DNA of 63,346 bases, filler included, from Choristocarpus tenellus KU-1152 (lineage: Eukaryota > Protista > Phaeophyceae), in assembly GCA_964200185.2 (NCBI GenBank). It is 12 parts of 12 records of this genome, joined end to end, with 100 filler letters (N's around TTAATTAATTAA, not from the genome) between each part and the next. Parts side by side here need not be neighbours in the genome. Positions count along the whole stretch, not along the records: positions 1 to 4,696 come from CAXNAD020013430.1; positions 4,797 to 17,716 come from CAXNAD020001660.1; 10 more parts are not named here. The stretch is one strand, 5' to 3'. Within the stretch, counting starts at the first letter, position 1; each line of letters opens with the position of its first letter. A model generated the notes under the pieces. It was not told the origin of the DNA. It searched no databases and saw only the letters and a program-made list of their open reading frames with translations. A program made the translations under genes and the position numbers. This document shows positions 1 to 13,680 of the stretch, piece after piece.

Positions 1-643
1 CCCTCACAAACCACCACCCCCCCCCCCCCCAGATACTTTGAGTCAACCCTAGCAACAGGCCTCAATAGTGGAGGGAGGGAGGGGATAATTGTGAAGAATT
101 GAACTTGACAATGGATATTTTTCTACATACCATAGACATTGGTGAAGACGATTATATATGGTGAATTCTCCGCCCGTCTTGGATTATTTTCGTAGGAAAA
201 TATTTTTGTGTCAAGAACATCAGCCATCAAGAACATGTTGTCCGCTATGCATGCACCCACTCAAGAGTACTTCCAATTCCATGCGATTTTTCATCTTCAT
301 GTGTGTTTATGTGTGTATGGACTGCTATCTGTAGGGCATGGCCATGCAAAGATAAATTTGAATATACAAACATACATCTACACCATACGGGACAGTCTAT
401 TTGTAGCCTTGGGGGTCTGTAGCCTTGGGTCTGTAGGATGCACTTCATTGCATATTTTATCTCCAAGTTTGTTTAGCTTACTGTGCATATTCTTGTCATT
501 GGAAACTTTGGCATCAGTTGCCATTGAGCCACAGTCCCTGCAAATAATTTATCTGCATGCACCCAGACCCTCTCACATTTAATATACTTTTCTTCTATGC
601 ACCACTTTGCTACTTCTTTGTTAGCTTGTTTCTTTGCGCCTAG

Positions 644-3600
644 TTGGCCTTGGTCTCAAGAACCTTCCGGAAGATATCGGACTACATTTGTGGTCCATTT
701 CCTCCCTTTCATTCTCCAGGTAAGGATAGTAGGTGCAGAATGGTATTTTTTTTCCTACTGGTGGAAGATCAGTGGAGGGACCAGGAAGTGACCCAACGGT
801 TACTGTAGGTTTAGGCTACTGTAGCTTTAGGGTCACGGACATCATTATGCCTACCAGCACCGCCCAAGAGTTCTATGCAGAATTTCCTGAGTGCACTAGT
901 TCCTGATTTCTTCATCTTTCAAGATCAAACCTATTCGGGTGGCAAGAACCAAAGTAGTTGCCAAAGGTAAATACTTGATTATATTGCCTCTGCCGCAGTC
1001 AGTCTGCTTCAGGGTCAAGAGCCTCTCATAGAGCTGATGTCAAATTTCCTTGGCTGATATGACATGAATAGTTGCAGGGTGAAACTGATTTCGTACGAAT
1101 GCTGGATGATATGCTTTATTGATCTAAAAGTTCAAGCGATCCATTTTTTAAGCCCATTTGAATATATATGTATGATGTGTTTAATGTTTCAATTGCTCCC
1201 TGTTTGTTGCCAAAAATAATACCCTAACCCTAACCACAAAGGAAAAAGAGGACCTCGGAGCATCTATGCTTAAACTTCTGAGCTCAGATTTAAAAAGATG
1301 ACATATTCTTATGCCTTGGAAGACCTGACCCTACCGAGTTCTTGTTCACCTTGTCTAGAGCATCTCTAGAGTTAGGGTTTGAATCAACTGATAAATGCAA
1401 CAGGTCTCCATCCATATCACTAATAAGCGCACTAGATTATCCATGTTAACTCTCCGACATGTACTAGCTATCTCTTGCTCCGGAGTATGTGCATACCTAC
1501 TTTTATTCAACCTTTTCATAATACCTGACAACACTGACCCTCCACTGCCTCCCCCCCATGCCTCTCCTTGCCGATACAGCAATGAGCTGACTGAGATTCC
1601 AGATAGTTTGTGTGACCTAACTGCGCTTAGGGAGTTGAACCTGACAAGGAACAAACTCAAGAGTCTTCCAGAGAGGTGATGTCCAACAAACCTCTTGTAT
1701 TGCAGTGGCAGGTATTAATGCTCAAGACCCCCCTCCCTGTCTGATACTCCATAGTATGCTATTAATGTAGTGAGGGATGAAATCCAGTCTATGCTCATAT
1801 GGTAATGCAACAATGTATTTCTTGTATTGAAGTTCAAGTGTATGGATCATTTCTTCACTTTGTGTTATTGATATTTTTTTATCCAGATGGCCAAAATTGA
1901 CGACCGGAATTGGTGTTGAAAAAGGAAACATATAGATGGGGTAGCAAGTTGGTGGTAGGGTATGCAGTACAATCGTCTACCACAAGAAGGGTGCACAAAT
2001 TGTCGTAGGCTATCATCATATGGATCCATTGAGTCTTATTACTCTTCGTATGGAGTATCAACATATGTATGATTACACCACAAATACTTATATATATATA
2101 TATATGTTCTGGAAACCTATCGCAACAGCTATTCTTCTCCAATTGCACACAGAGTCTAACCTTATTCCCCTGTTCTTTCACCCAAGCTTAGCAGTTAGGT
2201 AGCGTCAATCCCACCTCATAGGTAGTGGGTCCTACAGCTACCAATCCACAGTCTCGCATACAAATCGAACTTGGCACTGTACCCTTCTTCTTTTTTTATA
2301 CTTCGGCTAGGTTTGGCAATCTTCTGCAATTGAAGGAGCTCATCATTGCTGGCAACAGGTGCTCCAATAGGAGTTGTAGCAAGGTGTTCACTCCCCCTTG
2401 TCTCCAATTGCACTATTTTTTCTTTCCGCTCCCACCCAGCTTCTTTTTTTTTTCGTTTTTCTTGTCTTGTCCAACTACATCCCATTTCCTTTCTGTAGTC
2501 AACGCCCTACAATTAATTCATTAGTGTTCTTGAATACGTTTGGTAATGTCATGCACAGGTTTCACGAACAGTTTTCCACTGTGTATGTTGTGGCGATCTT
2601 CTCCTCTGTCTCGAACCTTATTTCACAGATTCCTATTTCTTATTTCATTTACTTTACACAGCGGCCAGCATGTTCAGTCCAACAGCACACCTCAATTTCA
2701 GATCCACACTAAGTCAGTAGTTACACGCTTAGAGATCTGTACCACAAGAATATATCTAATTGAAGAACCTTCTTGCAGGATACTGAAGGGACAAGATGGA
2801 TTTGATTGGGGGGGGAAAGGAGGTGGTCGAGGTGGTCGAGGTGTCGTCCTTAGTCATAACGTTTTTTTCAATTCACTTTTGGTGTTAATCAGCTTGCGTT
2901 TCTTATTCCCTGATTTTTGTGGTTCGATCCATTTTTGAGGGGGCACCATGTGCGTGCTGAGGGTGAAATTGTATAACCTCTTCCCCCAGCTACAATCAAT
3001 CCAGGACACAAGAGTGGTAGAGATACTCTTCATCTATCACCAGCATGCGTACACACCATACTGTAGTTTGATCATCCCTGCCCATGTGAAGCATGTCTTG
3101 CGAATCAAATCTATGTTTTAGTTGGCAAACGCCCCTCCTTCCCTCCCACACTTGTCACGATGTGTAAACATCCACCACACCTCAGATTGGAGACCCTACC
3201 ACCTTCATTCGGCAACCTTACCCTCATTCATCGAGTAGTACTGGACTGCAACCGTCTGCGAAGATTACCTGAAACCATTGGGCGTTTGACATGTGATGCA
3301 CTTCATGTCAATACCAACTGCCTGGTGAGGCTTGCTGCATGTGTTGAAGAATCTATCCCAGTAATGACATCAGACCCAACATTGCTTAGATTTGTCCCAA
3401 TCAAGTTTTTCAACCTACAATCTCTTGGCAGTCATACTATGTATACTCTATCCTATCTTCACCATCAAGCACCACTTTTTTTTTTCCATGATGCATTTTG
3501 TATCTTTTCTTGGAGATCTCAAGATTCGTGGCATTTCATCCTCAGAAAAGGAACAAAACCTATATTTTTGATGTAGGAAGGATGGAGTGCATTAGACCCT

Positions 3601-4585
3601 TTGAGGACATCAACAAGAGTGATAATAGGTGCAGCACCAATATCACGGTCTGCATGCGCTCTCTATCACCCCCAGCACAAATGATCTCGTGCTTACGTTC
3701 ATTCCTCCTGTGCACAGGTCAGTCTACCCCAATGTATCAAAGACATGCCTCACCTCAAGGTGATCTCGGTGAATTGCAATGGTCTCCGGTCGCTTCCATC
3801 CAATATTGGACTTTCAAAGTGAGTTTCAGAGTACAGGTGTGCAACATGTTGTGATAGTATATTTTCCGTGTTGAACAAATTTTTAGCTGCTATTATAATA
3901 GCGAGAACCAACTTTGGGAGCAGTTTGCCCGGTTTTGGTCAGCCAAGAGTATGGCGATTAAATAATCTGTCGAGCCTTAAATCATATCTTCAAATCACAG
4001 CATTGCCAACAATTGCTTTGAAACTACTCTCTTCCGGTCCTGCTGGTGACTCAAATTATCTGGGGGAGAGGGGTGGCGGTGTCCATATGGGGTCAATTTT
4101 TCATGTCGCGATTTATAAGGTTATTTGGTTGCATGTGTCGGATAGATAATGTAACTGCACCTTTCCTGGTTATGACCCAAATGGACACCCTGATGTAGAC
4201 CCCCCCCCCCCAGACACTTTGGGTCTGGTCACCCAATTTTGAATCGGCAATACCTGAAATTGGCCAACTTTCCAGTGGTTTGCCCCAAACACCCCGTGGT
4301 TTCCAAACCTAACAAACAAAAAGGAACAAAGCAGCTGAAGGAGAAATCTGCAACAGTCAAAGGACTGATAGTGAGAGTGTAATATCCTTTGATTGTAGTG
4401 TCCTGCTGTCACCAATCTCAGATAAGTGTAAGCTAAAGGGTTCACTTTCACAATCCGCCCCTTCCCTTGGCATAGGTCCATCACTGAGCTCCATGCTAGT
4501 TCAAACAGGCTCACACAACTTCCAGACGATATCTGTAACCTAGGCACACTAAAAGTGCTGTGGCTTGACCACAATTACATAGCAG
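644..4585 (+). CDS. Leucine-rich-repeat protein, partial; exons 644-719, 1580-1675, 2311-2358, 3186-3324, 3718-3818, 4476-4585
   Basis: GT-AG exons join in phase into continuous LRRs: GLGLKNLPEDIGLHLWSISSLSFSSNELTEIPDSLCDLTALRELNLTRNKLKSLPERFGNLLQLKELIIAGNRLETLPPSFGNL...SSNRLTQLPDDICNLGTLKVLWLDHNYIA. Start not identified; 3' end cut by the contig end. Confidence 0.9.
4048..4225. mobile_element. MITE family B, complete 178-bp copy in an LRR-gene intron
   Basis: Imperfect TIRs GACTCAAATTATCTGGGGG / CCCCCAGACACTTTGGGTC, flanked by a TGGT direct repeat. Partial copies at 1-44, 4655-4696, 21433-21455, 33638-33660, 56477-56610, 58776-58812, 58913-59066, 63320-63346. Confidence 0.85.
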
Positions 4586-4696
4586 GTGAGCAGGAGAAGT
4601 GTGGTGCAGTTGAAATGGCTAAGATCAAGATTGTATACCAAGCTATTTATTGATGGCTCAAAGTATCTGGGAGGGGGTGGCGGCTGTCCATTTGAG

Positions 4697-4796
4697 NNNN
4701 NNNNNNNNNNNNNNNNNNNNNNNNNNNNNNNNNNNNNNNNTTAATTAATTAANNNNNNNNNNNNNNNNNNNNNNNNNNNNNNNNNNNNNNNNNNNN
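4697..4796. other. Artificial contig linker (N-run, TTAATTAATTAA, N-run); also at 17717, 21333, 30600, 33661, 36677, 39375, 44078, 51899, 55014, 58813
   Basis: The same 100-bp spacer with six-frame stops occurs 11 times. Confidence 0.98.
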
Positions 4797-5004
4797 CGTA
4801 TACATTTTACCTACTCCGAAACATCTTGGAGTCGGAAAATGTCATTAAAAAACCGCATGGGAAGCCAAGCCCCACAAATGTATACATTTTACCTACTCCG
4901 AAACATTTTGGAGTCGGAAAATATCACAAAAAAAAACATGGGAAGCCAAGCCCCACAAATGGACAAACAGGGAAACATTCGTACCCTCTAAGATAGTTTC
5001 ACTC
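4797..5004 (+). mobile_element. MITE family A, right half, with an internal ~82-bp tandem duplication
   Basis: Ends in TACCCTCTAAGATAGTTTCACTC; the block tatacattttacctactccgaaaca...gggaagccaagccccacaaatg is present twice. Confidence 0.85.
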
Positions 5005-6859
5005 AGGTGTTGCTTTGTAAGGAGCCTAACCCTGCTACACAACAAGCATTACTCCTTCAGATTAGTATTGTCAACAAAATGTAGATCCTTCTCCATAAAA
5101 GCGACATTCCAAAGCCCACTCACAATATGCGAAGAGCCAGTGGAATGTTATGCAATGCGTACTCTGAAGTAATCCACTTTAAAGCAGCTGCTTTCAAGGA
5201 ATTTGTGTCGCATATCTATAAACTATTTCGAACAAATATCTTGATGATTCGCTTGCACTTGCAATTGGCAAAGAGCACACCTTGTACATGAGTTTATTTC
5301 ATCCCCAAAATTCTTGTTGAATTTTGAATACTCAGAACAGACTACCAACAGCATCACAGTACAATGTAATGCTTTCATACTCTCACCTTGCAACATTATC
5401 CCAGCAGCCAAGGGAGAAGGGGTTCTATTGCCCAGATTTACCCCAGGGCACTTGGGTACACAATGATAAAACGGAAACAATGATAGCAGCAAGAAGAACA
5501 TCCACAGGAGTGGAGCATGAGCGAATATAAAATTACACCAATATCATAGTCCGTTGCTATATTGAGTCCAATATATATATATATATATATATTCTCCTTG
5601 TATTCTCCCTCACCACCTCTGTACTGCATTGCTCCCTGAACATGTCCCTCTCATTTCTTCACCTGTCACAGGCCCATTTTGACCTTTGCCCCCCCGCCCC
5701 CACCACTGCCAAATCCTCGCGAACATTTCAATTCTACTCCGTTGCCTTCATCAGATCACCCACCATCTAGTGTGAAAATGATGAACACTGAGCTGTTGCG
5801 AATAAGGAGGACTGTGATGGAGATATCCTGTATCCCTCTTGATACCTTGAAGACCCGCAGCTTCTCAATGGCCAGGATCTGCAGTCGTATCAATGTCTAC
5901 ACAATTAAGCTATTCACAGGTGTGAGCAAGGTGCTAAGCATTCAATGAGTACATTGGAAACTGGAATGCTGCTGCAGAAACCTGGAGTTGGTCAAAGTGT
6001 TGGTTGCACAGAGAGGCAATGTGAGGAACGGCAGACAACCACCAACCTTGGGGATGCGCCTAGCCCCACTACAGTTGAATTGACGAACTGCTCCTCCAGA
6101 CAAGGTGCCTTCACTTTTCGTGGGCCCTCTGTCACCCACGGTATCTCTGCAGGGAGCATGGCAGAGACATGATGAAGATTAACAGGGATGCAATAAGTAG
6201 GGTTGGTCGACCTTCAGTAGAGATATATTTGCTATACTTGTCTGGATAGCTGCATGTTATTGCTCACTCATGTGCGTTTTTTTTTTCTATTTATCCACCT
6301 CTAACTTTTTGCAGATATGTGTTCACTCTAGGAAGGTTCTCAAAGTGCTTGTTTCTGCCTGATATTATCCAAACAGGTGTAGCACAGCTCCCCTCGTACC
6401 ACTTGCACTAGATGAGGCTCTGCGTTTGTTGACCAGAAACTCCCTGTGCTTGAGTGACTTTCCAAGAGTTAACAAAATGCAAGTTCGACTCTAAGTATAC
6501 CTTGTGCATGGGTCTCTTCATTGCGTGTGCATGCTTTGAATTGAATAATAATGCAACAATTAATCTCACCCAGAAAAGAAGAGGGAGTTGCCGAATTCCT
6601 CCCATGTGGTCTTTTCAGCTTGTCGAATACTGACCAAATCAAACAGGAGACCGAACAAGCTGACCTGTTTGGGATTTGGTGTAGTGCCAATGCCATTGCA
6701 AATTCCAATTAATAATTCGAAGAGAGTATATGCCTATGTAAATGTACAATTGTGAAAGTGCAATGTCTGTGCAGGCATTCAGGGGTGTACAGGAGACTGT
6801 CGATAGTTCTCGAATGGTTAACCCATTCATGTTGTATCGTCTGCCTATTGAGTCACATG

Positions 6860-7116
6860 GAGTGGATGTATCTTAGAAGGTACGAGTTTTTCCCTGTTTG
6901 TCCATTTGGGACTTGGCTTCCCATGGGGTTTTTAATGACATTCACCTACTCCGAAATGTATAGGAGAACGTAAATGTATACGTTATGAAAAGATGTGTCC
7001 AAAACATGGATATTGACACTTACTAACAAACACGATAGTCACTATTACATCAATATCGCAACATTGGATTTGGCCCCCAAATGGACGCGGCTCTCCCCTC
7101 TAAGATACTTTGACTC
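6860..7116 (-). mobile_element. MITE family A, full copy
   Basis: Reverse complement of the 9489-9747 copy; flanked by ATG/ATG. Confidence 0.88.
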
Positions 7117-8649
7117 ATGTCCAATCTACTTTACAGCATGCCAAATGAGCCATTCCATCTATACAGAAAGTGTACACCTGGAAGTTCTTGAATCCGCTTG
7201 ACTGAGGCAATATATGAATGTAGACAAAAGAAATCCGACTATTTGGTTGGGGCCCTGTTTATGTACTATTCATTCTGAATATTTCTTAGTGAATAGCATC
7301 TGAACATAAGCAATATGGAGTGTAAACTCCAGTGACATCAATAAAATAGATAGGTAGACCAAGAATCCTACACGCTGTGTAGAGATAAACACCAACAGTA
7401 CCTGCTTGTTACCATCATTCTTGCTCAAGTCTATGATAACCTTGTCCTCACCAGCCTCTTCTGTGATAATGTTGGCTTTCTCGGAATAAGCTGCTTTGCT
7501 GTCCATGGCTCCTCATCCTCTTCATCGGCGCCCAAGGTCTGTTGTGATTGTAGAGACTCCTGAGAGCTGGTGAACTGGGAATTGTATTCCTTTCCTGGTG
7601 TATGTATTTGTGTTAGTTCGTACAGTGTAGTTAGGGAAGTCAATACCTTCATATCTTCAATATTTTGTATCTTAGAAGAAGGAGGAGTTTCACTGTATAC
7701 CAGTGATCTCTCAAGTCAGATTTCTCACGTGATTTAGATATTCAGAGATGCGTTGGGTTAGATATGACCGCCCCCTATACCACCAATATTCCTTGCTCTC
7801 GAAGGGGTAAGTTACTTCTTAGGGTTAGGGTTAGTACTCCAAATTACATACACTTTTTCTACATTTCCAATAGGATGTTTGAAAGCCTGCAGCTAGTGCA
7901 GTGTGTAGGGCCCTCAAGGAAAACGTTGAGAACAAAAAGTGTCGGATTTTTACTGCATTTATATTGGCACAAAACAAGGTTTGGAAGGAGGAAAGGTTCA
8001 CTTGTAGACTTGCCTGAATAGAAGTGAGCAAAAGGTAAACGAGAGGTATCCAGGTTTTGGGTGTTTTTCATGTAAAGCCGTTTTTTTTCCAATTTTTTGC
8101 AGCTCGTCCATATTTCTATTTATATACGAAGCCCTAGGTTTGACTTGAGAGCATTGATTTCCCTATCGATTGAAACGTTTCAACAGAATTCAGAAAAGAT
8201 TCAGTGTGCATTTGAAAAACGCTCAATTTTTTGCACATATTTGTCAGCATACATTAAATGCAACCATGGGTACCTCTCAAATAAATTGGTTCAGTTGCAG
8301 CAGTGAGCATATTGACTAGAAAATGATGAGCTACAAATCCAATGGCTGCTGGAGTTGTGGGTTGTGTATCAATGAGCATCTTGCATAACTATCAAACCAT
8401 GTATAGATGCCTTTTCCATAAGTGTGTAATTTGGGTTAATTGTAGCACTGACATTAAACCATGTGAGGAAGAAACATTGGGTTTAGAGCATACTTCAGTA
8501 GAGAAGGATTGTCCAACTCAGTGACTTGCTCAAAACTTCGAAGAACTCCATAATAAGTGTTTACCTAGGCCGTCACCTGACTCGTACCAGATTCAATCCT
8601 CCCTAGGGGGCTGGGTGGTGGACTTGAGGTTGTGACAGTTTTTCTCGTG

Positions 8650-10447
8650 TTAGAGAAACATGCCACGCACAAGACTTTGATAAATTGGTTCCTGTCTAGC
8701 TCCCCCTGTGCTTCTTCAAAGCTTGCCTTTAAACGATCAAGCACTTCCCCTCCAACCTAAAGGCCATGGCCGTGAGTTTATGTTTTATGGTGTAGTGAGC
8801 ACTAAGTGTAGTAGGGTAGGTATTAGTAATGCTGAACAATGTTTGGCACTGCTGCTTGTTATCAAAGCGATGAATCACACCATCCCCATTTCAACCCAAT
8901 GTAAGGGACTGATCTATGCCATATATGTCAAATGGGTTACCTCATCCAGAAATCTTCTCTTGATCTCTCGCTCAGTGTCGAAGCTGGGGCCCTCAATCGA
9001 CCTTAAGGATGAGGGGGTTTGGGGGAGATCCACTCCCCTATCCTTACATTTTTCATCCTCGCTGTCCAACTGCCTTTTTTCTCCAGCATCGTTTGCCTCA
9101 CCTTGAGACTCTGATCCCATTTCATTGCTTCCCACAGACAAGCCCTCATTTGGGTATGTGTCAGCCTTTTCTGAGGGCTTTGTCTGTGAAGACCTCCACC
9201 TCTTTTGTTCAACCCTGTTCTGGACCTGTACCAATGAAGAGTTTCCTCCCCCCGTTGTGGTACTATTGAATGAAGGGAGGATCACACCTACATTCTGTAA
9301 GGCCTTGTGCCGCCTCCTCTCTTCCTCGACCTGCATATTTTTAGCTGGATAAAAAACATCGGACACCTCTGTTGCCAGTCGCCACGGGCGAATCCCGTTG
9401 CCCTTGGTGGAAGTATTATTGGAGATACAAGTAAGAGATCGTGCCCAATGGGGAGGAAAAGAAAGATGTTATTGGGCAAAGAGTTAAAGAGTCAAAGTAT
9501 CTTAGAGGGTAGAGCCGTGTCCGTTTGGGGGCCAAAATGCAATGTTGCGATTTTGATGTAATTTTGGCTATTGTTTTGTTAGGAAGCGTCCATATCCTTG
9601 TTCCGAACACACCTTTTCATAACATACACATGTTTGGCCTACTTGGAAACATTTGGAATAGGAAAATTGTCATAAAAACCCCGTGGGAAGCCAAGCCCCA
9701 AATGGACAAACAGGGCAAAATTCGTACCCTCTAAGATACTTTCACTCAAAGAATACCATGAATATCATTTGATATGCGCACAAACACCTTCTTCCGAATA
9801 ATGTACTCCGTAGATGATCGGCACCTCATGCAGGACACAGGACAACACGTACTGGTTTGAATTGTAGACCGTTGTTCCACGTACTATTCCATTGCATTGA
9901 ACACCCTCAAAACAGTTGTAAGAGAAAGGAAAAATTACTCTTCCTACAACTAGTCTACCATTATAGTGTTTCACAGAAAGGTAGAATGTATCGGGAAGTG
10001 CGCTAGTGCATACAGTAACAACACCAGACTACTGGATGATGCGACCGAGGATAAATGTAAACTCTGCCCGAGACTTGAAACACGCCCGTAGTAGAGACAG
10101 TGGTACATATCGTTCAACCTCCTGCGCGAAGGCATTAATATCAGGTATTAATAATGGAATGCCTTGGAAATGATGCATTCACCAGGGACTCTTCACGTAT
10201 AGAGAGTATCTGATGACGAGATGGATATGATGAATCTGACTACTGAAAAAGGATCAACCATGAAACACAGTTGCGGTAAGGACTGGAAATGCCTCCCCGA
10301 TATCTATACCTTCTTCACGCTGCTCTCCTGGTATTCGATCTCATTGTTGTTTCCCATTCTGATGAGCCGTAGGCGCTCGATAGCATGACACATCGCTCTT
10401 CTAGGAATGTTCAGAGGGGCTGGCTCATGTGGCTGTCGAGTGTCCAT
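8650..10447 (-). CDS. Hypothetical protein (~240 aa); exons 10447-10310, 10121-10033, 9851-9788, 9330-8941, 8691-8650
   Basis: Five GT-AG exons join in phase from ATG to TAA (MDTRQPHEP...EVERYVPLSLLRACFKSR...TCCPVSCMRCRSS...VEEERRRHKALQ...EPIYQSLVRGMFL*). A MITE falls inside a predicted intron. No family recognised. Confidence 0.5.
9489..9747 (+). mobile_element. MITE family A, full 259-bp copy
   Basis: 23-bp TIR GAGTCAAAGTATCTTAGAGGGTA / TACCCTCTAAGATACTTTCACTC (one mismatch); flanked by AAA/AAA; non-coding. Confidence 0.9.
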
Positions 10448-10912
10448 CGAGCGTGCAACCTTTCGAGCATATAGCAGTTCGGAGTCTCTCTTGAGATTGT
10501 GTCAGTGTGTCCGGCGTGGACACTTGAAAAACTTCTACCGTCTTGCTCTCATTCACCTTGGTGTCGATCGTCTTGGGCACTGCCATCGTCTTAAAAATTT
10601 CCCCAGGGCTATCCACAGCTGCAAGTTCCATTTTGTATGCCATGATTGTCCAAACATCTAGGTCAGGTCACAAATAATTTATCGTGTACAGGACTTGACC
10701 CTCTCTTTCTTTGATGTTCACGATGGTTCATCTACTATGAGTAGATTATAGACATTGTACTTGTAGAAGTGAAACTGTTGTTCTTCATCAACTAACGATC
10801 AAACACCAAAATGGAGACTGGTGGACGCCTCGCAGGTCAATCGAAAATCTTCGACATTTCACCCTCATATATTTCAAATTCCTGGTTCAAGTACTCTCTA
10901 TACACTTCAGAA

Positions 10913-13680
10913 ATGAACCCCTTTCTCATAGTTCTGGTAGCTCTTGGCGTGCCGGTATCTTCCTTGGTGAGTCGTGTGTCGCCATATATTCCCTGGCAAC
11001 TGGGACAAAAACGCATGTGGGAAGCTGGTTCTTGGAAAACGAGCAACAAGGGTGGAGGATGGGCAATAGGGGAGGTTGGTGACCGGGCAGCCGTATGGAG
11101 ACGAAAAGGGAAAAGAAGGAAGTTTGGGGAGAGAAACGGGAAATGGGACTGGGAGATAGGGTCAACGAGTACTACAGTGGAACAGCTAGGAGATGGTACG
11201 GGGGATAATGCCTTCGAGGAACTCGAGGGTCGACATCCACATCCATGCATATTTCATAACACTCTAAACAGGCTCACCCCCTACGCAATCTGTTGGGAGT
11301 GGCAGAAGCAGGCAAGCTTCTCTTCAAAATGTTGGGCAGATAGTTTGTTTCGAATGAACACTTTGTGCCTACATGCGCACACCTTGAAGTTAACTATGCA
11401 TCAACTACACAGTCGACGTAATTGTTTGTGGTCCTTCATGTCCCTACCCCTCACCAAAGCTTCTCGATCAACGGGCATCTTCACCAGAAGATTATATGGA
11501 TCCAGACGTTGTCTTGGCCGTGCAGCATGAGCCGGTCTTCACTCTAGGGACGGGAAGCACCGCGGCTAACCTCAAGTTCTCTCCTGATGACTCCCCATTT
11601 GAGTTGTTTAGGACAGAGCGCGGGGGAGAAGTCACATACCACGGGCCAGGGCAGGTGAATCTCGGGTACCTTGCCTAGCCTACATGTCTGTGTACGGTGT
11701 TCATATAATTTTGGTGAAGGGTCCAGGATAGTGATAAATGAAAAGGGATAGGGTGAGTGAGTCTTGCATTTTATTGACGTCAATTTCTGTGGATTGCACT
11801 AATATCACCCTACCCTACAGAACAGTACCCCTAGGACAGACTGCTATAATAGACAATGGCAGTTACAATCGTTTGCGCGTTGCAGTGCCCTGATAACTGC
11901 CAGTAAGCATCAAGTATGTGTGACCACCTATGCACATGTACACAAACCTTAGTTGTTACACGTTCACTCTGTCCTTGCTTTTCTTTTTTCAATGGCTGAT
12001 GTGTGGTCTATGACTTCCACCAAAGGAACGTGAGTTGGAATATAACCACCGCCCCAACTGGACTCCCCCCATACAAGCACATTCCTTCAGAAACCTTTGG
12101 TGACCCCCAATCTTGCCTCCTATCCATTGTACCTTTCAATTCATCCCAGTAGGGTATGACAAAGCTGCAGGTGCAAAATAGATAGTCGGAAGCCGCACTT
12201 AAGATATTTTTTTGTGCTATACTTTGGGTATGCCGGCGCTTGCCCCTCACCCCTCAACCCTCACCCCTCACTCCCCACACTCCCCTGCCTACTATTTGTG
12301 TACGTTCCAGATTGTCCTCTATCCTATTGTGAACCTTAGGCGATACCGTAAAGACATACACTGGTACCTCAGAGCTCTGGAGGAAACAGTGATCAGGACC
12401 TTAGCCAAGCTGGGTCTCCAGGGAGAGAGAATGAAGGGCATGACTGGGGTATGGGTACAAGGGCACAAGGTGGCGGTGAGAGAAACTGCTCTGTTGCTGG
12501 GCACACACAGACGTTATGTATGAAAATTCAAGTGGTTCAGGAGGTATCCTACTTGTAGCAGACCTACAGGGCCCCACTTATGAGGTATTTCTGTATTGCT
12601 TCTTATGTAATATTGCCATTGATATGGAGCCTTTTGTGTATGGTGACAATAAGGGTACGACCAACCCCTACTCTGCCCTAAACCAACTCCATTGGATAGA
12701 CTCAATTTCCCAAGAGGAAGTACATTTGACTTGTTTGCAATCAGTCCAGGAGCTTTCAGTTCATCCCCACAAATCCCTGTCCGCCTACGATCAATGCTTC
12801 CCCACCTAGGCCATCGGTGTTCGTGTGAAAAGGTGGATCACAATGCATGGCCTCGCAATCAATGTCGACCCAGAAATGCAGGACTTCCAGCACATCATCC
12901 CTTGTGGCATCAGCGATTATCCTGTTGGATCACGTGAGAGCTCTGTTGGACCTAACAACAGGATGTATGATTCTCCAGCCTTTGCTAGATCTTCTTTTGA
13001 CTCTTTAGCAATGTAGAAATGTTGATCCAATCCTCAACACAAACAGATTGCTTTGTGTTTTACCACCTATTGATTGACTGCTCTGCTAGTGCATTTCCCC
13101 TGAACATTTTCCATACAAATGTACTCATGGTGTACGTCCAAGCAACCTATGCTGGGATCGTTGTGCCTCTGTCGAAATTTCACAGGAGGTGCCGTGATTT
13201 GCTCTCTTTGCCACAACCTCTGTATTGCGACTAAATATATTGAATCACACCAGCTGAATGGACACTTGGGCAGGTAGTAGATGATTTTCCCCATGAATAT
13301 TTCTCTTCCATCAACATCCTTGTTCTTTTGTCCCTCCCTCCAAATGTTTGTCGCACTCCTGTTCTGTTGTTCTCTCCTCTATCCGGTTCATCATGTCTGG
13401 GGCGGATTCTGCGGTGACCTGGACAACACATGGCATATTTTAACCTCTGAACTGTGTCATTCTATGGGGAACAAACTGTGTTTCTTTAATTCTGGGATTT
13501 GGGGACTATGTTTTGCGGATCACCTTGAAACACTTGCTCATAACCTGTGTGGAAGTTCGCAATCTATGCTCCCCAGGAACCGACATTGGTATGGAGCGTG
13601 TGAATTCCCTTCTGTTGAAGTCTTTTGAGGAGGTCTTCGGGGTGGAGTTCACCATTTTGACGGATATTGACCCTCTGTAA
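10913..13680 (+). CDS. lipB: Lipoyl(octanoyl) transferase, probably plastid-targeted; exons 10913-11311, 11460-11654, 12311-12475, 12810-12933, 13556-13680
   Basis: Motifs [72 protein letters not shown]-terminal hydrophobic signal [17 protein letters not shown] followed by a basic extension. Confidence 0.95.

Noticed and set aside
644-4585. One-repeat-per-exon shuffling LRR system, as in brown algal ROCO genes
   Set aside because: Exon sizes (76, 96, 48, 139, 101, 110) and phases are irregular, so the exons are not interchangeable modules.
5756-7595. Exon-like segments at ~5756-5948 (+) and ~7450-7595 (-)
   Set aside because: No recognisable homology, and they could not be joined into a consistent model.
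10811-11530. 239-aa ORF as a standalone gene
   Set aside because: It is lipB exon 1 read through into intron 1 and out of frame.
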